Positions 1-12,000 of a stretch of 41,155 bases of DNA are shown here, in pieces; position 1 is the first letter of the stretch; every line of letters begins with the position of its first letter. The position numbers and the translations under genes are program-made. Origin of the DNA: Microgenomates group bacterium (GTDB lineage: Bacteria > Patescibacteriota > Microgenomatia > UBA10105 > UBA927); contig JBAQFJ010000001.1 of NCBI GenBank assembly GCA_049287205.1, positions 1 through 41,155 on the forward strand, written 5' to 3'. The notes beneath the pieces were generated by a model. The model was given only the letters and a program-made list of their open reading frames with translations. It ran no database searches and had not been told where the DNA came from.

Positions 1-2
1 AT

Positions 3-3000
3 ACAACGGTTGCCTGTACTGTTGGCAAAGTGCAGTGCAATCCAACACGACCAAATGAGTTGCAGACCTGTATTAAACGGGAAGGTGCTTCGAATACTTG
101 GATGACAACATCGTGTCCGAATGGATGCAAGAATGCTGCCTGTGTGACAACAACGTCAGCCACGTGTACTGCAAATGAAGATTCCACACTGACTACCCGT
201 GAATGTACTACGCGGGGCAGAACATATAGGACATTAGCTGATGGGAAAATTTGTTGTCTACGGGTTTCAACCAAAACACCAACACCGTCAACCACTACAA
301 CAAGTGGATCTTTAGCTATCGGCGATACCTGTGTGAAAGGATTTTTTGGTTTAGGCGATACGTGTAAAAAATGTCCAAACGGAGAATATTATGTTGCTGG
401 GCGTTCTGGGTCGGGAGGAACGCTCAAATGTGGTTCTGCTTCTACAACAGCTACCACAGCTTTAACAGGAGTTGCAATTAGTCCAAGTCCGTCTGTGGTG
501 GTTGACCAAGCAGCGTATCAGTCATGTACAGCGGCGTGTGTTGCTACGTATAAACTGGAAAAAGATCTTAATGAAAAGACAAGTTGTATGACTGCATGCA
601 ATACACTGCTAGTTGCAGCGGCAGGTGCAGTGGGGGCAACTGGAACATCCGGTACAACAGGTGCTACCGGTACAACAGGTGCTACCGGTGTAACACCTTC
701 CATTACTCCTTATCCTGTTCCAACACCACCAAACTTCACCGGCGGAGTGCTGCAATGTAGTGCGGGAGGTGGAACAAACGCAAAAGCTGGATCATTCACC
801 TTTGATAATGGATCTATATATAAATGTGATGGAACAACAGGACGATGGTTTAATGTGAGCAACATTGGATGGGGACCAGAAGATGTTCCAGAAAGCGAGC
901 GTCCGTCATGGCTTGTTCCAGGGAGTAATTATTGGGTTGCATACACAACATCCGCGGTGACCGCCCCATCTATATATACGACCGAAGCAAAAAATGCATG
1001 TGTTGTGAATGTTGCCGATGGAAAGGTGTCATATAGTGATGGAGATATTGCTATTGGTCCATATCACACAGACGGAGATAAAGGGAACAGATATCGTTGC
1101 GAAGATGGAAAATGGAAAGCATGCGACGGGTGTCTTCTTACCGTTGTTCCTGAATACATGAAGAGTGATGCAGCGTATCAACAGGAGGTTGAAGCAATAA
1201 GTCTGGCCTATCAAAATTATGCAATAGCACTGAGCGCATGCGGTCAAAATCCAACGCAAGCCTGTGTTGATGCGGCGGCAACAGGATTAAATTTATCAAA
1301 CGATGCGCTTTTGGAAGTGCAAAAACAATACAATCAACAGGCGGCAATTCAAAATACCTATTATCCTGCAATGCAGGCATATGCAACGTGTCTTGCGACT
1401 CCAGGAAAAACAGAGGCCACGTGTGCGGATGAACGAAGAGCAGCAAATGTTACGTATGCAGCAACAGGGTTGGGTGGTGGAGTGTATCAACAGGTTTCAG
1501 CAAATTTTGGGACTGTTGTGTATAACACATTTCTCAATGATTACATTGCTATTAATGCACGAATAGACGTATGCGCCGAGGACAACTCCTATGTATTTTC
1601 TGATGGTGCCACATGTACCGATGCCACACAACAGCTGGCAAATCTGAAAAATGATCCGTTATTTGTGTATTTTGACCAAACAACATCAAATTCAACACTG
1701 GATTTGTTGCTAGCAGATGCAGCGAAGAATGAAGGTATTAGCACGGTGTATGCAAAGTATGCTGTTGTTTCCGATGCGTATACTACTCCAGATAGCGAGT
1801 TGGTAGAGCGATGTGAAACGACTGGTGCGGGAGCGGTATACACAACGTCCTATCAAGGTGAACGAATAAAGACCTGTACAGCAGCAGCTGTCCGTCAAAA
1901 TTTGCTGACCACTGCAACACTTTCCGATGGACTGAAAGAGCAAATTGTTTATGGATATAAGCAAAATTTGCTTTCCCAGTATTCTCAGGCGACCGCATAT
2001 GGAGATCTTGCGGCTGTCTCGACCTTATGCGAACAATTTTCCACCAAAGAAATATGCGCAGATTATGCAAAAGCAGTCAATGTGATTTCCTCGAATTTTA
2101 AAATTACATTCTCCACGGAAGAATTGGCGGCAATGGGCAATATAAACAAAACACTCACTGATACAAAAACATATTCATATTTACTGGATCCGTCACAATG
2201 TGATTTATCAACAGAAGCGATTTGTGCAAAAATCGAAACAAATCCAACTGCTGTATTAAAGACATTGCCGGAAAACCTGCAGGATGCATGGCTCAGCCAG
2301 CAAATTGTTACCACATCGGCGCCTGATATACTCGCGCTCTGCAAACAATTACTGAGTGCTAGCAAATGCAAAGATGAAAAAACTGCCATTACTTCATTAA
2401 CAGCAACATTGCCGCAGGATATGCAAACCGGTCTTGTTGATAACAGGACAACCTATCAGCAAACTATTACCACATTTGAATTGGTGACAGGTGGTGATGA
2501 TGAAGCCATGACAACTGCCTGCAAGAAACAATATCCTAACGCGGCAGACCAAGCGATTCACTGCGTAAATCCTGATTCTTATAGACAAGCATTAGTGTTG
2601 ACATTGCCAGAAGCTGCACAAACACAGGCAGCAGCAGTTATCGAAGAAACCACACGGCAGCCGGATACCCTGTATTATCAAGCGTATCAGCAGTATGTAA
2701 AAGACAATGGTGAGACAACCATAGAAGAGTTTAATGAGTTGAATAATAAGGCATTTGATTCCATGAAAGCAAAATGGGATCTGTATGGCTATACAGAACA
2801 GTATGCTGCAGCATACCAAAAAGGAAATTTTGTTCCATTGCAGGCAAAAGAAGATTATAAAAATAATGTTCCCTGGTATAAAAAATTATATGTAGGAACA
2901 CAAACACTGGGTGACACCTTTGTTTCTCGAACATGGGGAGTTGATGAGGAAGTTGCTGCAGAGCGTGCACGAGGAATATACATGGGGCTCGATATAGAGA

Positions 3001-6000
3001 CAAAACAGAGTTATCTTACAAGCATAGCTGAGACTCCTGCATATAAAACTGCATTGCAACAGGATTCGACATTAACACCGGAAACCTATCTCAAGTCACA
3101 GTTGGCAACAGCAATTGGTTATGAGAATGACTATTTAACAGCTGGGATAATCCGAGTGGATAATAAGGATCAGTTTTATGCACAAGTGATGCGGGGAGAA
3201 CTTACGCCAACGGACACAGCAAAAAATTTAACTGCATCGGAAAAGTCGGCATTGGCAGTATTCAATTTTGCCAACGGGGTAACGGCTGTTTTCGGCGGAA
3301 ATACAACTGGAGCTTCTGAGACATTTGTTCGTGACGCAAATCCCGCAATTGAAGAAGCACAAAATGAATGGACAGCAGACATGATGATTCGCGATATTCA
3401 TTATAATAATCCGACATTATATGTGAATCTGAATTTAGGCGATGAAACAACAAGAAAACAAGTAACGGAAAATTATGCAGCTGCGTTATATATAAAAGAT
3501 CATGCAGAACGAGATGATATTCCAGGGGTAGACACATTATTTGCGTCTGATCCACAGTGGGTAACGCGTGCCGCACTTACCGGAGAAGTTGATTTTACAG
3601 CATTGAAAGAATCTGTTGCAGATGTTGTTACCTATAACGTTGCGAAAGATTTAAACAAAGTCATTACAACGATGGATTCAGGGAATATTACAGAAAAAAC
3701 TGACTATAAAGCCGCTGCAGCCCAAGCAGCACAAGTTGTTGCTGATGCATACCTTAACTCTTTTAGTGCGTCCGATCTTGCTGTCATGGACGAGCAACTG
3801 GCGTTAAAAAAGCCGGATATGAAGCCGGAAGAATATGAAGCATATCGAAAAACACAACTGAAAGCATTGATGGATTCAGAAAATAACAAAGATTATCAAT
3901 TTTTATTTTCCGCAGCAGGATGGGATATCCCAACAACAGAAGAAGTGCTCACCGGTCAAAAAGATGTGGCACGTGATATGCGGGTAATCAGTGAGGAAAA
4001 AGCAAAGTATCCGGTTGCTTATTGGCTGAACCGCCAAGAAAACGGATTGTTGGCAAAAGGGCAATTGATTTTAGATGATCCGGAATCGAATACATGGGAT
4101 AAAGCGCGCGCGGTAGTCATGATGAATGCTAAACCTGTATCGTGGGTGCTTGCGGTGGTGCCAGTTGGGAAATTGGTTGCCAGTGGAGCAAAAATAGCAA
4201 CCGTTCCAATGATGATGAATATCGGATCAACCGCACTTGGCGTGACTATGACTGCGGATAGTCTGGCGCAGGCAATGGACGCGTGTACGTTTAAAGATGA
4301 TATGAATACACGCGCGTGTGTTACCTCATCTCTTATGACAGGGTTTGCCGCGTTTTCGACTGTTCCGGGTATGAAGCAGTTACAACTGGCATCCAATGAG
4401 GCGCTAGCAATGCGCGCTGCTGCAAATGTCACGACAAAAGTGGAAACCATGGTTTTACAGGGTGCGTCAGAAGCGGAAATTTCCGTTGCTTTAAAAACTG
4501 CACAGGCAGCAGCGGATAAAGCAGCAGTAAGAGTACTTACTTCGCAGACATCCGTTGTTTCGAAAGTCGTTGGGAATCAAGTGTATAATCGGGCAACATC
4601 ACTGCTTGGAGGCGCTGCGTTTGGATTACAGGCAGTGGACGCATGTGCGGAAGGACCGAATGTAAATTGTGTACTTACTGCAGGTATGGCTGCCGTGTCT
4701 TTTACCCGTGTGTTTGTTAATCCAAACATCGCCTCAGATGTACAAAAAGGCGTCGGGCAAACCATACACAATGCAGACAAGATTATCAATACGGGTTTTG
4801 CAGCCACTGCATGTTCCGAAGCTGCTGAAGGAAAAGTTCCATGGTCGCAGTGTACGAGTGCACTGTTTATGGCAACGAGTGCATTTCGTGAACCGGGTGC
4901 ACCAACAACAAAAACGGAAACAAATTTTGATGTACGTTCGCAGCAATCGAAAGCACTTAGTGAATTTGAACTTCTTCTTAAATCCAAAGCCGGAGAAGCG
5001 GTAACGTATAACGGAACATCTTATACACCGGAAACGTTTACCGAGGCGGTTCGGACAAAACTGCTTACAGAAGCACGGACACAAGTCACGGTAACAAATC
5101 TGGAAGTAACAAAATTAAATGCGCAAGTTGAGCAGGCGATGAAAAAACTTGCAGGAACACCGGAGCAATGGACTCCCGGAACACGAGAGCTCAAGAAAGC
5201 GCAGGAGCTGTGGAGTGAAATTTCTACAAAAACGAATGCAACATCAGAACAAATTGATGCAGCAGCGCACGCGTTGCTTTCCGCAAAACAAACAGCAACG
5301 TACGAAGCGATGCTATTGAAGCCAAAAAGAACATTTGCCACAGTGGTCAATAAACTTTTTAGAAGAAGTCAGCCAGAACTGGACGCACTTGCCACTGCAC
5401 AAAAAGAATATAAGGAACTGCTTAAAGGAAAAGATCTTAATCCCAATGATCCGGTATATAAGGAAAAAATGCAGGTACTTCTTACAGCGGACACTGCAGT
5501 AACGCGGAAATATGTGTATAACGAGGTGCAACGCACATATGCGACTGAATTGGACGCCAAGAAAAAAGTATTAGCTGATTTAGAACAAAAATATACAGAG
5601 GCGCTTGCGCAAAAGGAATCCAGTCTTGTTGTTGATGATGCGTTGTTAAATTCCGTTGCAGAGCTAGAAACAAACGTATTGGCGGCACGATCTGACGTTG
5701 TTGTGCAACAGGCACGGTTGGAATCTGCAGGCGGATTTTGGAATCGTGTTGGGATTGCTTTAGGTCGGGAAGCTGCGGTGCAAAGCCGTGTGGAAAAGAC
5801 AATTGCAGAATTATATCCAACAGCTGCAAACAAACTCGCAGCTGTTCAACCCACAAAAACAACGCTTGCCGATGCATATTCCAAACTTCTTGACCGCAAC
5901 CCGCTCGTGAAAGAATGGCGCCAGAAGCAATTATCCGTTATTGAAGCAAGGAAAAATGCAGGCGGTGCTGAGACAGTACGACAACGTGTTATTGACCGTG

Positions 6001-9000
6001 TTGCGTCTGCACTGCTCGGGAAATACAGCGGCGAGAGTGTTACTGTTTCCGTACGCGATATTGATGTCTATCGTCAAACGCAGGTAAAAGAAGGGACAAT
6101 CCCAGAAGTGGTTAAAGAACAGCGTATTTCCCAAGCTGAGTTGAAACAAGCCTTGGATACGAATAACACGGTAAAAATGACCAAGGAACAATCCATTCTT
6201 TCACGAACAGAACCTGATGTTGTCAAAGCAACCGCCATTGAACAAAAAGCGCAGGCAGTTCGGGAAGCAGTTGCTGTATATGAAAGTGCACTTCTTGACA
6301 GACCGAAGAAATTGGCTGCAGTAACTGAAGCAATGAAAACATATGAAAAGGCATTGGCTGAAAGCAATATTACGAGTTCGAAAACGACTTCTTCAGTGAA
6401 ATCCCTTACTACAGCACTTTCCGAAAAAGCAATGGCGTACACCAAAGCAGTCACCGAGTATAAACAAACCGCAACACCGGAGAATTTAACAAAAGTACAA
6501 ACTGCAGATATCGCATTTAAAAAAGCGCAAATAGATGTATTTGTTGCAGAAAAACAGGCGTTTGTATATGAGGCGGCAAAAGGGTTGAACCCTGTGGAAC
6601 GGGCAAAGATACTGACTAAAACAGAACTCATGCCTGAGCTGCCGGCCAGTTGGAGTGAACCACAGAAATTAACAGTAGAACTTCGGGTTCGCGCGATGGA
6701 GATGAAAATCAATGAGGTGTGGAAGGCAACCGGAAAACTCAAACAAACCGGGGTATTTGGATGGAAAGCAGCGCAAATTTCTGATGCAGTCAAACTCCTT
6801 TCTGGAAACCGTTCCCTTGCTATTCAAATGACTGGTGGAGGAAAAACATTTACTAACGCGCTTTATATGGATTTGAGCTATGAATTAACCGGACGGCCGG
6901 GAACATATATTGCCAAAGATGCGCAAAGTATTCAGGTGTACAACCAGTTAAAGCCGTTGTTCGGCGAGGATATCTATTATTTCCGGCTGGGAAAAGACAT
7001 CAAAGGCAACCCATTGGATATTGTGCAACAGGAAGCACAAATGCGCAGTGCTAAATTTATTCTTGCTGAACCGTCTGATATCGCGTTTTTGCTTGATACC
7101 ATGAAAAGTCCCGGACTTACCACACAGCAACAGATTGCTTCATTTGAAGCCTACAAAAAAATCTATACTGCAAACAGAACAATTGACGAGTTCCCAGAGT
7201 TTTTGAATTCGAAAAACGAATGGGTGATGTCGTTTACCAGCGATCAGGCAGTGATAGGGTCTACTAGACAAACTGCATTAATGGAACAATTACAGAAAGT
7301 GTTTGTTGAAAAGAATATCCTCACTGAGGGGCTGGTCGGTTCACAGGAGCGGGTGCAGTTAACGGATTTGATTGAAAAAACCATTGTGGTTTCTGATGGA
7401 ACCGTGGTAAAACAGTCGCATTTTACCGAAAAAGGTGTCAAAAGCATGATTGATTCCATGCTTGAAACAAAATTATCTGACGGCAATGTGTTATTTGACG
7501 GCTTGACCGGAACTAGAGAGCAGAAAATTGCAACAGTGTATGAAGTATTTGATGCAATTGCAACGCGTGATCCGGCAAAACTTGCAGCTATTGAAGCAGA
7601 TCCCGTGCTGACAAAGATTTATACAGACGCCACTTTCCTTGGGGACGCGATGAATAAATCGGCAACTATTTTAGTGTCAGAAATTGGAAGTCAGACATTT
7701 GCAACCGGTATCGGATCAAATGGAAATCTGCAGGCGAATGTGAAAGACGGAGATATTATCACAGCATTGTCCAGAAAAATGCTGCAGTCGTGGGTTTGGG
7801 ATACACCACTCACAATAGAAGCGTTAAAAACTGTTTCTGTTAACGGGCAAACAATTAAAACAAATATTTTTGATTTGTATGCGTGGGATATTGCTTTCGG
7901 AAGAGAGGTTGGAGGATTTTCCGGTGTGACTGCAACGCCTGATGCAATACGCAACATCGCAAAAATGGCGGGCTATACCGTTAATGAGGCAGAAATTCTA
8001 GTAGTGAATGCAGCCAACAAAAAAAGAATTTTCGGGGAGCCGGATGCGGCGACCGGTAATTTAACAGGGGGACGGGTGAGTGAGAAAAACTTCGTGAGCC
8101 TGGGGGAACAGGGGGATTTGGTGCAGGCGGTGAAAAAATATGCGGCGATGATGACTGAAGAGCTTGTTAAACAAAACGGTGTTGTTATAAACAAAAGTGA
8201 CAAGCATATTCTTGCAGTGAATGCGAGAGCTTCTAAAGAAGAAATCATGGCGCTTATGGCAAGCGAAAAGAATTTGGGAACGAAACGAAACTATGTCGTG
8301 GCAACAGAGGATGGGAATATTTATGAGGTGAAATTTACCGATGGAAAAGCGCAGTTTGTGGAAATGACCAAAAAATACAGCAACGTTAATATTTCCGCCA
8401 AGGCAACCGGACTGGAACGGATCATGTCTACCGGTATATCGGACCACACAACAGTTATCATCCTTGAAGGACAGTCTATCGGAGGCGATTTTCCGGGAAG
8501 TAAGGAGATTTCATTCCAATCCATTATTGATGCAAGCCGCGCAACAACAGAAATTGTGTATCAGACACATGGTAGAGGCATGCGTACAAACGAAACACTA
8601 CTTTCCGACGGAATGATTACCTTTGGTTCAAAAGAAATAGTCGGAAATTCAGCTGAGTCGATGAAGGAGTTCATCGGCAAAATTGAAATCAATTCGACAG
8701 TTGCACAAAAGAATCTCATGGCAGAGGCAATTCCTGCATGGCTCAATGCACAGGCAAATCTGCCGATGTATGAAGCATACGTGGAATTGATGAATGCTGG
8801 AAAACCAGCTGAGGCGGCAAAAATCTCCACCATGCTTGCCGACATGCAAAAAGTACAGGAAAGCTATGATGCAAACGTGTTCAAAAAAGGAACAGAGTTT
8901 AAGGATTCGGTACAGCAAAAAGTGAATGAACTATCAGCAAAATATAACAGACTTCTTACTGAAAATGCAGACTTTTTTAATCAGCCGGACATGGCAGCGC

Positions 9001-12000
9001 TTAAGAATCGTCTGCTTGCTGATAATGTCGAAGCCTACACGATTTCTATCAAAGAAACTGGTGGAGACGTTGCAAAATTACAACTTGCCGGCGATGGACT
9101 TCGGGGTGCAGCTAGGCGAATATCAGAAAACTTAAGCTTTGACGAAGTGCCGAAGTATGTTGCAGGCGATACTGCAAAAGGGGAAATTTCCGCGAAGCTT
9201 GCAGATGCGCTTAACGGCATAAAAGGTGAACCGATTACCATCACTGATCCGGCGTCAGCTGCACTAAAGGCTGCTGCTATGCAGGCAGAACAGGATCTTG
9301 CGATTTCAGGAGGCACCACAGGAACAAAAGTTGTTAACACAAAGAGCAGTACACAAACAGCAGTAGACATATTAAAAACTATACAAGGACAATCAACAGC
9401 TATACAAACTCCGCAAGACCGTGCATTGGTGATTCAAGGATTATCTCCTGCGCGTGCCAATGTGGCAGCAGCACTTGCTCTATATCAACAGGAATCGGCA
9501 AAAATAACAATAACCCCTATTGATCAAACAACTGACAAAAAATTGTCTGTCGGCGTGAAAGTAGAAGGACTTGCAATAACCAATGCGAATCAGGTTGTGC
9601 TTCGGGTTTTGAAAACTGGAGGAAGAGTTGTGACAACCGTCGGAGAGACAACGTTCGATTTTGCAGACAATACATCTTATTATGTGGTTGCACCTGAAGG
9701 ATATGTAGGAAACACCACAGTTGATGATATTACTACGCGTGCTGGTGGAGTGAAAGTGACTATCGCTTCATCAGTTGAACAACCTGCTGACTCTGCAGTG
9801 ATTGCAAAAGCGCTTCAAGATTTGAATCTTGCAAAAGATGAGGCAAACACGATTGAATATGGGTTGTTTGAAGATGCGCTGCAACGAGTTACAGAACAGG
9901 TTGGGGGAACAGATGAATTTGCACGAAGAACTGCGGCATCTGCACTTATGCAGTATGAATCCGCTGTTTCTGATGTTCTTGCAACAATGACAGATGCACA
10001 GAAACAAAGTCTATCAGACCCTATAGCACTAGATACTAATGCATCAATATTGGCAGCACGGACAGCAGCAGTTACCGCAATTGCTGCATATAAAAATGAT
10101 GCAACATTTGATGCGGAACAAGCGGTAACTCAACTTGCACATCCAATCATGACAACACTGATTGCACTTGCAAAGGCAGAAATATCAACTATTGCATCAG
10201 ATACAACAACCAAAGACACTGTGACCTTTGGCAACGCACCAAAAGCAAAACAGACAAGTGTTGTCGGCGCATTCTTTACAGGCATTTGGAATACATTAAA
10301 TCCTCAGGGTACAGAATGGTTTACCGCAGGCGCGCAGACCGTGCAGGCGTATTGGAATCTGACAAAGAATGCTGTACAGCAAGGCGCGCTTGCAATTCGG
10401 CAAAACGCAGCAACGCGCCGAGTTGCGCGGGCGGAAGAAAAACTAGACGCAGCAAAAGCAGTGAAAAGGATCACTGTTGCTGACAGAACAATAGGACAAG
10501 CAACTCAAACACAGGTGACTGCGGAAAATCGTGCACGCACACAAACAGCCGGATTACTCAGTATTCTTCCATGGAAAAATAAAGCAGCACTCAAAAGTGT
10601 GATGCTTGAAATTGACGGACTGCGAAAAGACATCACCAATCACAAAGCAGTATTAACAACACTTGCAGCGGATCAGAATACAACAATTGATGAATTGCCG
10701 GATGAACTGATAGGACAAGACGGAATTGATGTTTCTCTCCGTCGAGGAGTCATTGCTCTGGATGAGAAGAAGATTGGTGTGCTTCAGGATTCATTAGTGC
10801 CATTGTTGCCAAAACGATCAACATTCAGCCTGTTGTCGGTTATTGATCGAATTTCCACATGGAGAAATTTGACGATTGAAAAACGGCAGGAAAATGCACA
10901 AAAAATATATGATACGGCAGTAGACAAACAAACTGCACTTGCAACACAACAGGCAACTGCTGAAAGCGATCTTACTGTGGTGCAAGAAACACTCACCAAT
11001 GCACTTGCCGCATGGAGCGAAGCTGCACGTCCAGGATTTGCCGGTGGATTTACCGCACTCCGAGAGGCAATTGTTGATCCTGACTATTCTCTTAGAAAAC
11101 AGGTTGACGCCATGGTGCGCGAAGAGAAAAAAATTGACAGAAAGATTGCCAGAGAGAAAAATGCCGGTGATCAGGAACAAAAGCATTATGAGGCAGTGGC
11201 ACAAGAACTCGCACGGCTGAATGAAAAAATTGCTCCTTTTGCTGCAAAGGAAACCGCCGCGAACAACAGCATCAACAAGGCCTATCGCCGAATTAACGAT
11301 CTTGAGAAAAAAATTACAAGAATGTCTGCCGCCACTCAAACAACTGCCATAGAAACACGCATTGCCGGATGGCAAGCACAGATTGCAGTCCAGCAAGCTG
11401 AAATTGCCCGTATGAATGCGGAGAATGCTGAAAATCACAAACAATATACGAAGATTTCCAACCAAAAGAAATCCTTTGAGCAAGAATTGACGGTCGCACT
11501 TCAAGCGGCATCGGAATCAAAAGATGTGATTTTGACCCTGGAAGAACAGAAAAGTGCTCTCGTGGAGCAACGTGAGAACATAGCGATTTCTGATGCACCG
11601 GGATTGTTTGAATCCATCAAACGCATTGCCGGATTTATGGGTGTAGGATCGGCATACAATGCGGACGTTTCATCATGGGCACGGCAACTTGTCGGATATA
11701 CCGCTGGCAATGTATCTGATACCGCTATTGCCGCTGCGTATAAAACAAAACATGCGGTACTTGCCTCAGCCTTGGAAACAGCAAAAAAAGATGTTGTAAA
11801 CGCACAAATCGCATACGACAAGGCCACTATTCGTCAGGAGAATGCGAAACAAAAATTGGCACTCATACAGCAATCACTTGAGGATTATAAAACTGCAAAG
11901 CAAGATAATCCGACAAACATTGCGCTTCCAAATGTCATGAGCAAAAAATGGCTGGAGGAGATTGCAACACTACAAAGCAAGGTTGAGGCAATCGATGAAC

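Noticed and set aside
633-695. A collagen-like triple-helix domain.
   Set aside because: There are only seven Gly-X-Y triplets, which is far too short for a stable collagen domain. I treat it as a flexible linker or repeat.
6074-6793. A 239-aa minus-strand ORF, plus dozens of other 60-230-aa antisense or out-of-frame ORFs inside 30-32003 (for example 4019-4450, 5369-5833, 10818-11504, 22559-23020 and 23996-24691).
   Set aside because: All lie within the giant + strand frame, which carries recognisable catalytic motifs. Their translations are low-complexity Ser/Cys/Ala/Val/Phe-rich strings, as expected from reading an Ala/Thr/Glu/Gln-rich gene in reverse. They have no motifs, so they are shadow ORFs.
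6780-8600. The possibility that this is the organism's housekeeping secA gene.
   Set aside because: It is embedded about 2,250 aa into a much larger frame with no nearby start or stop. It lacks obvious PPXD and C-terminal SecA regions. It is only a SecA-like motor module.
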